Below, one piece after another: positions 1-11,454 of a stretch of 64,000 nucleotides of DNA. Where the stretch lies: contig CM075977.1 of assembly GCA_038087875.1 (NCBI GenBank), forward strand, positions 265,670,001-265,734,000, read 5' to 3'. Under the pieces are notes generated by a model. The model saw only the letters and a list, made by a program, of their open reading frames with translations, ran no database searches and was not told where the DNA came from. Position 1 is the stretch's first letter. Each line of letters begins with the position of its first letter. Source of the DNA: Malacoraja senta. Its lineage: Eukaryota. The position numbers and the translations under genes are program-made.

Positions 1-954
1 TGCAATTGCACAAATGTGCCTTTATATTAAGAGGTGTTGACATTGTGATTTACATAAGGTACTTGTATCAATAAAATGAACTTGACAATTATAGGTTTGT
101 GAATATTTACAATACCTGGGCAAATCTATTCCTGTTTAAGAACAAAAACATTGTTTCAAGAAATCTACTCCTTCTCTAATTTAACCGTCTGCAAATCTGT
201 TTTTTGAACGGGAGTGATTTAATTATTTAAACAAGCAGTAATACAGTGTTTGTGAGATGTTAATTGATACTTTATTTCTTCTCAATGCTAATCACATAAT
301 TGCTCATCTCAATTGATTGCTGTAACACCTCATTATTCACTAACTATAGTAATGGCAGCTGGGACTTGACGTTCCTTGTAATGAGACCAGAATTGTTTGT
401 GTTGGAGTAAGGAAGGCTTAGGTTTTTTGTAGTATCTCTGAAAGTGAGACTACCTCTAAGAACCGTGTATATCATGTGTATTGTTATTTGAGTTCTGACT
501 TCCTTCCTCTTTTCTCTGGAGTTTAGATGAATGGGAAGTGAGTTCATTAAAACATACACATTTTTAAGCAGTTTGACATTGTGGATACAGGGTTGATGTT
601 TCCTCTGGCTGGGCTGCAAATCTTGTGGTGTAATAGCCGGGAGGCGTTGGATGTTATGGAAACCACCTGGCTTCATAATGCCCATACAAGATAGTTCTAT
701 TATTGTGACAGAGCAGGCCACATTTCATGTGGGTACGAATCCCATAGAAAGAAACTGCTGGCAAAGACAGTAATATTCACTTGCCTTGGAAACAATGTGG
801 CAAAGTTATGAAGCAGCACCACTGGGGTATTACCTACGTGTTGAAACGGAACCACAGACAACCCTGGGTAATAAACAGGTTCCGTTCTTACAGACATTCA
901 TTCATCTATTCCATCTGTAAGTTGTAACCAAACCTCCAGAGTTGTAATTTTTTC

Positions 955-1207
955 ATTTAGTTTAGAGATACAGCGCGGAAACAGGCCCTTTGGCCTACTG
1001 AGTCTGCATCGACCAGCAATCGCTGCAAAGTAACACTACCCTACGCACACAAGGGACAATTTTTACATTTATACATTCTTACCAAGCCAATTAACCTACA
1101 AACCTGTACGTCTTTGGAGTGTGGGAGGAAACCGAAGGTCACTGAGAAAACCCACGTAGGTCACAGGGAGAACGTACAAACTCCGCACAGACAAGCACCC
1201 GTAGTCA
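955..1207 (-). mobile_element. HE1-like SINE (5' part missing)
   Basis: Reverse complement of the SINE body and (CTAAA)n tail. Confidence 0.8.
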
Positions 1208-1445
1208 GATGCTGGAATCTTGAATAACACACACAGTGCTGGAGTAACTCAAAAGGTCAAGCAGCATCTCTGAAAGGAATGATTAGATGGCGTTTCAGAT
1301 CAGGGCAGACAACATGTCCTCCAGTCTGAAGCCCGAAACAACACCCATCCTTTTTCTCCAGAGATGTTGCCCGACTCTAACATCTTGTGTCTATCTCCAG
1401 AGATGCTACCTGACCTGCAGAGTTAGTCCAGCATTTTGTGTTTGA
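1207..1445. repeat. Inverted pair of Penelope-like terminal repeats
   Basis: TGCTGGAGTAACTC...GCAGCATCTCT followed by its reverse complement AGAGATGCT...TCCAGCATTTTGTG. Confidence 0.65.
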
Positions 1446-2874
1446 AACTAGTTCTGCCACTCATAGGAACTAACTCATGTATTTATATTGGACTTGTGAA
1501 TTAAATAAAATGATGGAAGCCTGTTTATACGTAGAGGTGTCTATACGTCAAGCGTTTGTAACCCAGAGACAGAGTGAGCTGGTATTGCACACTTGAGAAG
1601 CGGGCTAGTGACAGTACATTCAAGGCCACCATATCAATTGAGAATAGTAAAACTGACAATCTCTATCTTATTTGTTGGGAAAATCTGATAATTCAGCATC
1701 TGGTTTACAGGTTCCCCTTTTCCACATATCTTTCTAAATTCATCAGGGCCCTATATCCAGCACTACTCCCAGATGCTGGAATCAGGAGCAAAAAGATACA
1801 ATCTGCTGGAGGAACAGTGCATTGAGCAAGGGGAAAGGGCTAGTCACCATTTTATGTTGAGACCCTACATTAGTATGAGAAAGGAGATAATAATAGAGGG
1901 AAGAGAATGTGGGTAAGAGAATGAGTGATGAATTGGGGAAAGATAAAAGGCAATGCTAGATTATCAAGAAGGGAGAGGGTGTGAAGAGTGATGGAGGGTG
2001 GACAGGCTACAGGAAAGAGTGGAAGAAGATCAAGAGTGATAGAGGCACAAAGTAAGAAATTGTAGTTTAGTTTGTTGTCACAGTGAAAAGTGAACAGCAA
2101 GAAGCGTGAGATTGGGCTGTACAGGGGCAGGGTCTATATTGAACCGAGGTATTACCTGTGTTGGGTAACAGGCCATCTGGGGTCTCAATCCACTGCCAGC
2201 ATGTGGGTGGGTGCTTGTTGACTGAAAGTACTGGCAATTGGCTGCCTGACTCATCAGTCCTTGAGGTAGTAGGTCAGTAATGGTGGTACAATATCAACAG
2301 TATCCTGCACTTTCCCCTCTAATGAGATAGAGCACAAATAAACAGGATTGAAGTTGCATTGTAGGCATCACTACAGCTCACACCATGCCTTAAAATGTTT
2401 AGGTTGCCTTATAGATTTCTGACCATGTCCCACAGACTCCCTATTGTACAGATGGAATATCCTATACCAGGCAGCCAGCTTTCTTCACAGATTTTCCCAA
2501 CTCAACGAGGGAACGTTGGCAATCCTCATTAGGGAGAGACGAGGAGGCGAAGGAGGGTGAGGGAAACAGTAAGATGGAGAATGTGGAGGAACGTAGAGGG
2601 ATGGATGGATGGGAGTGGGAGCAAAGCATCTATGAATTAGTGCTCTGAACAAAGGGAATTCCTGCATCTCCCATAAATAAAGAGATAGAGAGGTCAGTAA
2701 CATGGAGTCTACGGGACAATATTTCTCTCAATATCAGTAGATGAAGGAGTTAGCTATTGATGGGGTACTGATTGTGGATGATCAGCCATGCTCACAGTGA
2801 ATGGCAGTGCTGGCTCGAAGGGCCACAAGGCCTACTCCTGCACCTATTGTCTATTGACCAAGAAACATGCTGGT

Positions 2875-3650
2875 GACCCGTGTCAGCATCAATGGTGCTG
2901 AGGCTTCAAATTCCTAAGCATAAATATCACCAACAATTTGTCCTTGACCAACCAACCACTTTGAGGCTACAGCCAGAAAACACAGCAGTGCCTCTAATTC
3001 CTCAGATGATTAACAAGTTTGTCACGTCTCCAAGGACTCCTGCCAACATCTGTTGATGCACCGTGGAAAGCATCCTACTGGGATGCGTCATAGCTCAATT
3101 AGGCAATAGCTCTGCCCAAGACCACATGAAATTGCAGAGAGTTGTGGACCTGGACAAGCCCATTGCACAAACCAGCTTCATCCCTCCCCCACCACCTCCC
3201 CCTCCCAAAATCAACTCCATCCACACTTCACTGCCTGGAGAAAATAGTCCACATAATTATTTACACCCCCGTCATTCCTGCTTTTCTCCTCTCCAGTCGG
3301 GCAGAAGATGCAAAAGCTTGGAAGCACGTACCAACAGATTCAGGAACAGCTTCTTTCCCACTGCTATTAGACAAATGAACTGTCCTTTCATAAGCTAAAG
3401 ATGCAGACCCATTCTTCCAACCTCTCTTTCCACCCCTTGTACATTATTTTATCTGCACTTTCTCTATAACTGCAAAGCTATAAGGGCGTAACACTATATT
3501 CTGCACTTTGATTTGTTTTTCCTCTTTGCACAACCTGTTGTACTTGTGTGTGGCTTTATTGTGCTCAATGTACAGTATGATGTGACTGGATAGCACGCAA
3601 AGAAAGTTTTTCACTGTATTTTGACACACATGACCTTAAACCGATACCAA
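2875..3650 (+). mobile_element. Rex1/Babar-like LINE 3' fragment
   Basis: ESILLGCVIAQLGN and ARTNRFRNSFFPTAIR motifs. Confidence 0.75.
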
Positions 3651-4504
3651 TAATATGTCAACCCAGATTTAAATTAACGGTTAATATTCTATAACTAAGT
3701 TTAACTATTAAAATATGCATGGTAGACATTTGATAGTGTAGGAATGGGAGGCATTACAACATATTGATATATATCAGGGCATTATCAGGCAGCAAATACA
3801 TGCTAAAGGGGCATTGGGAGAGTTGTGTGAGTGTGGCCCCACACAACACATTGAGAATTGTTCTAAGTCATGGAGAACTACTGCTCTACAATATCGATCG
3901 TCAGTAAATTTATGCCAGATAACAAATCACTGAATAATACTCTAAAGGACAATTTACATTTCCCAATATATTTTGTGCATCATTTTACCAAAACCTTTTC
4001 CTTCTCTCCGGATCTGATTATCAAGCCAGTGCTTTTATCCGCCTCTCAAAACAAATCCCTTCCTTTTCTCCCACATAACTTGCCAGAGTTAATTGAAGAA
4101 AGTGAAAGTACATAATCTCTCTGACTGATCCTCTGCAGTAAGTACTTCTACAGAATGATCACTCTCTGTGAAGTGGCAAACTAACCATGACTCATGGTGT
4201 TTTACTGAGCAGCGTAGGAGAAGGAGGCACCTGTGTGCGATGCTTTGTAGTTTACAGCTGTATTTAATAATATGAGTCAAAATTAGTTATCTGTGAAATT
4301 ACCCAATTGACTAGCGGTACAATTAGAATGAGATACTGTTATACACAACCAGATTTGGATTGATTACATAAAGCTTCTGCACTAATATATTGCCTATGTG
4401 GTCAATGCCAAAGAGCTTTAGAATCATGCAGCCAAGCACAAAGAAACTCATGTTTCCAGCACCTGTATTTTGTTTAAGATTCCAGTATCTGAAGTTTCTT
4501 GTGT

Positions 4505-4795
4505 CTAGTTTAGTTTAGAGATACAGCGTGGAAAGAGGCCCTTCGGGACCACACCGACCATTAACACCATCCTACACACACTAGGGACATTTTACACTTA
4601 TACCAAGTCAATTAACCTACAAACCTGTACGTCTTTGGAGCGTGGGAGGAAACCGAAGATCTCGGAGAAACCCACGCTGTCACGGGGAGAACGTACACAC
4701 TCCGTACAGACAGCACCCGTAGTCAGGATCGAACCCGGGTCTCTGGCGCTCCAAGCGCTGTCAGGCATCAACTCTACTGCTGCACAACCGTGCTG
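4505..4795 (-). mobile_element. HE1-like SINE
   Basis: GGATCGAACCC (B-box complement) and TTTAG tail. Confidence 0.85.
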
Positions 4796-4964
4796 CTCTA
4801 CAAAGAAACCCCAGTTTTGAAATCGCAGACATCAAAACCTGCAGCAGGTATCTAACCTCCGAATAGATCAATGATAGCTACTTGGTGTAAGTGAGTATTT
4901 CGTTCTCTGTAATGCTTCGCAAATGGTTTTTGGTTTTAACCACCAATCCAGCCACACGGTATTG

Positions 4965-5422
4965 TTTGGCACAAGGAACTGCAGTTGGTGGTTTACAAAA
5001 AAAGACACAAAGTGCTGGGGTAACTTAATGGGTCAGGCAGCATTTTTGGAGGACACAGATGGCTGACGTTTTGGATCAGGATAATTCTTCAGACTGATTG
5101 TAGTCGTGATGAGAAAGCTAGAACTGAAGTGAGGGTAGGGCAAAGCCAGGCAAGTGATAGGTGGATATAGGTGAGGGGCGGTTCCATTGGCAGATGGGTG
5201 GGCAAAGGCCTGAGATGACAAGAAGACAAAAGGTTGTGAGATAGGGTGAGAAGTGTGATATGTGCATCCAGGTGGGGCACAGGGAACAGAGGGGGATAAA
5301 GGAGGCAGGGTGTGACCTAAAATTGGAGAATTCAGTGTTTATACTGTTTGGTTGTAACCTACCCACATTGAACATGAGGCGCTGTTTTTGCTACTTTGTG
5401 TGTGGCCTCACTCTGACAATGG
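4965..5422 (-). mobile_element. Degenerate Penelope-like 3' end
   Basis: Terminal repeat plus an INTEFSNFR-type C-terminal remnant. Confidence 0.65.
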
Positions 5423-5734
5423 AGCTTGAAATTGTGCAATATGGTGCATACTGTAGCGAGTCTTTTAACTTACACTTGAATGCAATATATATGCTTTAAA
5501 TTGGATTGGAGCATTTTTGAAAGGGGGAGGCTGAGCGATCACTGATCACTGACCTTGGGGGTACCCGTTGAGGGAGTGGAGCATCCGAGTGGGCAGAGGG
5601 TGTGGAAGAAGGGTGTCCCCCCCTCTCTGGGTAGGACATTTTTGAAATTTGATGTATTAAAATCATGTTTTAGTGCATTGTAGAAGTATGATTTCAATGT
5701 TTTTTGTATGAAGTATTTTTAAGAGGTAACTTTT

Positions 5735-5962
5735 TAAGGGGTAACTTTATCCACACAAAGGGTGAAGGGTGTATGGAACAAGCTGCCAGAGGAGGTAGTT
5801 GAGGCAGGGACCATCCCAACATTTAAGAAAAAGAGACTGATACATGGATAGGACAGGTTTGGATGTATGGACCAAAAGCAGGTAGTGTAGCTGGGACATG
5901 TTGGCGGGTGTGGGCAAGTTGCGCCGAAGGGCCTGTTTTCACACTGTATCACTCTATGACTA
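5735..5962 (+). mobile_element. CR1 3' end
   Basis: Near-identical to 51185-51420. Confidence 0.8.
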
Positions 5963-6029
5963 CATTATACCTCCACCATGCATGAATGCTTCAAAATAAA
6001 GTGATCGAGTTTTATTGCCATATACTCAA

Positions 6030-6378
6030 GCATAGAAACATAGAAAATAGGTGCAGGAATAGGCCATCGGCCCTTCGAGCCCGCACTGCCATTCAATATG
6101 ATCATGGCTATTCATCTAAAATCAGTACCTCTTTCCTGTTTTTCCCCCATATCCCTTGATGTCGTCAGCCCCAAGAACTAAATGTAACTCTCTCTTGAAA
6201 ACATCCAGTGAATTGGCCTCCACTGCCTTCTGTGGCAGAGAATTCCACAGATTCACAACTCTCTGTGTGAAGAAAGTTTGTCCTCATCTCAGTCCTAACT
6301 GCCCCCCCCCCCCCGCTTTATTCTTAAACTGTGACCCCTGGTTCTGAACTCCCCCAACATCGGGAACATTTTTCCTGC
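6030..6378 (-). mobile_element. CR1 3' end
   Basis: Reverse complement of the CR1 tail (CATAGAAA repeats, GGCAGAGAATTCCACAGATTCAC). Confidence 0.8.
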
Positions 6379-6559
6379 AGTTACAGTAAATGAAAATCTA
6401 GCAGGCAAGCACGATGCTTTCTCCAACCACCCCCATTTGAAGTCCACTATCTTCCACCGTTTCTACCCAGTGCTTGGTACTTACTTCCAGCAGCCACTGG
6501 TTGTCCTCCTGGATGCACCGAGCCACAGCCTGATCCATGTCGGTCACCTGGGCGAATTT

Positions 6560-7223
6560 GGCACAGAGACTCTCACGGCAGCGGCGCAACGCTTCCGACG
6601 CCTTGCACTGAGGCTGCTCCATGGCCGGAGCTGCAGTGAGCGACTCGCCAGTCCAGCAAACACTCGCCAGCCCCGCTCCCCGTCCGCATCTGTCCCCGCC
6701 GCTGCTTCTGCTTCCAACACCCATGGCCCATGCAGTTGATATGAGTTTTGAAATTTTCGTTGATCACAGTATTTCACACAACAGAGAGAAATGTGTGATC
6801 AGCGTGAGAATTTGGCGAAATGCGTGATTCTCACGCTCAATGCATGGGAGTTAGCAGCCCTGCCTCTCTATCCCCCTCTCTCCCTCCCCCTCTCTCTCCT
6901 CCTCTCTTTCCTCTCTCCCACTCTCTCCCTCCCCTCTCTCTGCCTCTTTTTCTCTCCCCTCTCTCTCCCTCCCACCTCACTCTCATCCCTCTCACTCCTC
7001 TCAACCCCCTCTCTCTCCCCTCCCCTCTTTCCCCTCTCTCTCTCCCTCTCTCTCTCCTCTCCTCACCCCTCACTCTCTCCCCCTCTCTCTCTCCTCTCTT
7101 CCCCTCTATCTCCCCCTCTCTCTTCCCCCTCTCCCTCCCCTCTCTCCCCTCTTTCCCCTAACTCTCTCTCCCCTTTCCCCTAACTCTCTCCCCTCTTTCC
7201 CCTAACTCTCTCTCCCCCCTCTT

Positions 7224-7260
<37 letters not shown>

Positions 7261-7970
7261 CCTCGCTTCCCCCCCTCTCGCTTTCTCTCCCTCTCTCTCC
7301 CCCTCTCCACACACTCTCCCCCTCTCCTCTCATCTCTCTCTCCTCTCTCTCCCCATTTCTCCCTCCCACCTCACTCTCCCCTTGCTCTCTCCCCTCTGTC
7401 TCTGTCCTCCTTCTCTTTGCCCCCCCATCTCTTTTCCCCATTTCTCTCCCTCTTCCCCCTCTTTTACCACCCCTCTCTCCCCCTCCCACCACTCTCCCCC
7501 TCCCACCACACTCTCCCCTCTCTCTCCATTCACTCCCCCTCAGTCTCTCCCCTCTCTCTCTCTCTCCCCACTGTCTCCCTGTCTCCTTCCCCTCTCTCTC
7601 TCCACCTCCCTTTGAGAGTCTGTCCCTTCGGCACAGAGACTCTCGCGGCAGCGGCGCAACGCTTCCGACGGCCCGGGACTCTTGCACTGGGGCTGCTCCA
7701 TGGCCGGAGTTGCAGCGAGCGACTCGCCAGCCCCGCAAACACTCGCCAGCCCCGACTCCTCGCATCTGTATCCACCCGCTGCTTCCATCCCTCCCTCAGC
7801 CCCGGCTCTCCAACACCCGCGGACCATGCAGTTTATCTGAGTTTTGAAATGTTCGTTGATCACAGAATTTCTCACCACAGAGCGTGAGAAGTTTCTGATC
7901 AGCGTGAGGGCGTGAGAGTTTATTCAAATACGTGATTCTCACGCACAAAGCGTGAGAGTTGGCAGCCCTG
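6560..7970. repeat. Two direct copies of about 300-340 bp (6560-6862, 7630-7970) of a probable hAT-type element end, separated by a polypyrimidine tract of about 750 bp
   Basis: Both copies begin GGCACAGAGACTCTC.CGGCAGCGGCGCAACGCTTCCGACG and end GAGTT.GCAGCCCTG; multiple CGTGAGA/TCTCACG subterminal motifs. Confidence 0.7.
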
Positions 7971-10087
7971 AAGTTAACGGCAAGTTCTGTCAAACAGAGG
8001 AGGAGCATTGGTTGAGAGGAAATTGTTGGAGTCTCTTTTTGAGGAAGGAATGGCCAACCCCGAGGCCTTCCTGATAAGGAATGGAAATTTGCAGGTTTCA
8101 GTTTGGTGTCTAAAAGAAACAATTAAGAAAATACTGCGTATTTTTTTCAACTGAAATGGGGCTGGAGCATCTTGGTTAACATCATCCAATTCAGCCCTTC
8201 AGGAATGTAACTTAAATTAATTTGTTTACCTGTTGCTGTATCACACAAGGCGGTCCATTTTTCATTCCACTTGAAATCATTTTCCATTAATGATTAACAT
8301 TGGTCCAAAGTATTGGAACATTGAGTTCAGTCAATAATATCATGCATAAAGTGCGTTGCATTTGCTGCAATTATATTCGTTCCTCGTTTGGAATTTGGGG
8401 CTGCACACCAGAAACACTACACATGTGCTGTAAAATATGCTGCTGAAATCACCAATACTCTGAATTTAATTCATTTTTATTGAACGCCACTATCATTGTC
8501 ATAGCTTACACTGATCGGTTAATGGGGGGATATTATGAGGCTCTGTTATTCCATATAAACAATACCTCAATAGCTATTTTTAGAAAAAGTTCAGCACTTG
8601 ATGGATTCTCATTTTAATCTTCTTAATTTAATTACTTTCAATTCATAAAATAAATAAAAATGCAAACATCTCAATTTAGTTTTATGATGACATTTTAAAA
8701 TATTGTACTTGGCCAATACCTGAAATGGAGATAGGCACAAAATGCTGGAGTAACTCAGCGGGACGGGCAGCATCTCTGGAGAGAAGGAATGGGTGATGTT
8801 TCGGGTCGAGACCCTACTTCAGTGGAGTCTCAGTGATCATCAATAAAATAACATTAAACCAAAAATGTTAATCTTTGTTCTTTCCCTGGTTTAGTAGCAC
8901 CAGAAAATAGTGCCTTGCAACTTGTTACGTACATTTCTGGTTATTCCCTTCACTTTGAATAGTTATTTTTAGACTTATTACCAAGTATTTAATGAGAAGC
9001 ATATTTGAACTCAATACTAATCTACCCTTTTTTTTCAGTTTCTTGTCAATTGTTTCCACTTATGTGCTCGGAATTAATATATTTAACAGAACAAAATTAA
9101 ATCCATTGATTATGAAGTGATGATATAAAGAAGCAATTTTTACACAAAACATTTAATAATACTTTGTATAACTATTTGCAGCAATGCCTCACCAAACCAC
9201 ATATTAACTCAGTTTTTCTCATATTCTGTACTCAAGTTCACAGTTAAATTGCTGTATTTACGTGCTGAATATACAAGGTAAAGTCCAAAACATACTGTAT
9301 ATTAGGATGGAATACTGCATGAATACAAGTCTGGCAAAGTGGATCTGTCAATTAAATTAATACAAGGGAAAGGAAAATATTTCTTAACAGGATATCCTTT
9401 TATTTATGTGAAAATGCTGGGGGTTTGCTGCGTATAAATGGATAAGGGTTGGGAGAAAGCAATTCCTTGCCTAGATACTAGATCTATTATTTCTCATTTT
9501 ATGCACAAATGCTGCTTCTTTTGGTTAACTTGCTTTAGTGATCATTTTTGGATGACCTTCCACCCCTTGGGAATTTGCTTTGGGGAGTTCTGTGCACTGT
9601 TCACCTCAGTGGGATTGACATTTGTCCAGCGCGGCCCTGTATTTAATGATACCAGGGGTCACGCAAACGCATTTGTTCCACTTCTGGTTTAAATGGAAAC
9701 TCTTGGTGTGATCAAAGACCTTGACTGACTGCTCACAGAAAATCAAGGAATACATCATGCTAGATATGGAAATGAAAAAAAAAGCCCAACTAATATCACA
9801 AAATATCTGCCAGCCTCAGTTTCCATTGATCAGCATTATGGGCAATGATTAAATGGCTCTCACTTCCCTGACCACAGGCTCTTTATTCAAATCAGTTCTG
9901 AGCTGCAAGCTTAGCCTAGCCTGCACCTCATAGCAGCATTGGTCTAGACCAGGTTAGATCATTAACTGCCGGATGCCCAATTTAACAAGAATATTTAGCG
10001 ACCTGTGTTTTGCCTCACCTCCACAGCAGTGTTTTTGGTGGTGTTTTCGGCAGCTGTTGGAGGAAGGGTTCACAAAGTACCTGCACT

Positions 10088-10168
10088 GATGTAAAGCACT
10101 TTGGTCAACGAGGGTTGTTTTTAAATGTGCTATAGAAATAAAATTGACTTGACCTGACTTGACTTGAA
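10088..10168 (+). mobile_element. L2-type LINE/SINE 3' tail
   Basis: TGTAAAGCACTTTGGTCAAC...TGTGCTATAGAAATAAAATTGACTTGAC tandem tail. Confidence 0.6.
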
Positions 10169-10299
10169 AGCAACAACTCACTTCCCAGTGGTCAATGCGT
10201 AAACAGCAGAGAGGCTTATGAACTCCATATTTAGCTTCTGATAACATTTGGAGAGATCCTGTTTTAGTGAGTGATTCTGTGTGCAAAACTCATTGCACT

Positions 10300-11143
10300 G
10301 CTTTTAGAAACATTTTCTGGAGATCTGAGTGGGTGTTAATGCCATATGCAATGCATGTTTAGAGCAACAACAAAAAAGTGACACACATTTTCTAGGCATT
10401 TTATCTTTCCAGCAGCATTATGAGATCTCACCTCCAAACATTTAAAGACTTGATGATAATAGTCCTTGACAAACATGGTATTTGACATCAATGGTTTCTT
10501 CGCTAAAATTGCCATTGATCAATAACTCCCTCCCCTAACCTTTTCACCATTAGGTTACAGTTTAATGATCATTAAGATATGGGCCCACAAAGAGAGCCGT
10601 TGAAGTTTAGGAGAACTACCAGTGGTCAATTACTTTTGTAGCTACTGTAATAAAAATATACTTTAGCATATCTGCTGCAGCTTACATATAGTATAATAAC
10701 AGATGCAATACAGTATGTAACAGGTAATGTTTAAAAATACAATTTATCAGCTCAATGGTCACAGTATAATACTGTATTCTTGAGGACATTAAGCATGCAT
10801 TTACATAAACAATATATTAAATTTTAAAAAGAAATTATACATTTAAATGTCTTTGTTTTAAATCTACGTACACCAATTAGAATCTGGTGATGGCCGACCA
10901 GTAATGAGCTTATACAATTTGACCATTTTTTTCAGATGTCACGGTTTCTAAAATTTCACTTTAGATATTACACATTATTTTAAAATAAATTTAAGGTTAG
11001 ATAATAAAAACCTGAAGTAACCTGTTTTCCCATTTCTGAATTTTAAAATCTTTTAGTCCCATGTAAAATATACATCAAAAGTATGAAATGTATTTGTTTT
11101 TTCGGTCATTATGGAAGAAACTAAAAGATGTCTGGTCAAGAGT
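10300..11143 (-). other. Putative AU-rich 3' UTR downstream of the Kunitz exon stop
   Basis: Repeat-free, very AT-rich sequence directly after the stop. AATAAA overlaps the stop (11143-11148); further minus-strand AATAAA near 9882-9887 and about 9400. The true end cannot be determined. Confidence 0.45.
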
Positions 11144-11352
11144 TTATTTATCCATCCTCTGTATCAGTTCTGTGCCTTGATAGTTTCCTGGTAAGCAGGT
11201 TTTCTCGCACTCTTCTTGAGTGTTGAATCTATTTTTGTTTCCTTGGCAACCACCAAAAACAAACTGTTCACACTGCCTGGTGTCCACACTAAAGAACCAT
11301 CGCCATGTTGGAGTGTGGCACTTCCCAATCTTCCGGGGCTGCTGGCAAACTG
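11144..11352 (-). CDS. HHIP: BPTI/Kunitz domain terminal exon, predicted spliced to HHIP exon 13: AVCQQPRKIGKCHTPTWRWFFSVDTRQCEQFVFGGCQGNKNRFNTQEECEKTCLPGNYQGTELIQRMDK*
   Basis: Six Cys with exact Kunitz spacing C-8-C-15-C-7-C-12-C-3-C and the FxFGGCxGNxNRF motif. Polypyrimidine acceptor TTTTTCATTGTTTTCTTCCACAG, phase 1. No Met or signal peptide of its own. Same strand as HHIP and in frame with the exon 13 donor. The domain call is near certain; linkage to HHIP is inferred. Confidence 0.85.
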
Positions 11353-11454
11353 CTGTGGAAGAAAACAATGAAAAATAATTCTGAATAAAAAGCCAAATGA
11401 ATTGTTTTACAAATCCAAATTATTGGATGAATGAAATTACAGAATTATTTACTG

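Noticed and set aside
344-897. ORFs of 125 and 65 aa near the window start, considered as a neighbouring gene or further HHIP exon
   Set aside because: No recognisable domain and no resemblance to expected neighbours such as ANAPC10; likely chance ORFs.
6791-7887. Many Pro/Ser/Leu- or Arg/Gly/Glu-rich ORFs
   Set aside because: Artefacts of the CT low-complexity tract.
11144-11368. Kunitz ORF as a stand-alone gene or processed pseudogene
   Set aside because: The ORF-track start is a TTG inside the polypyrimidine tract; there is no signal peptide, polyA tail or TSD. It behaves as a phase-1 exon.
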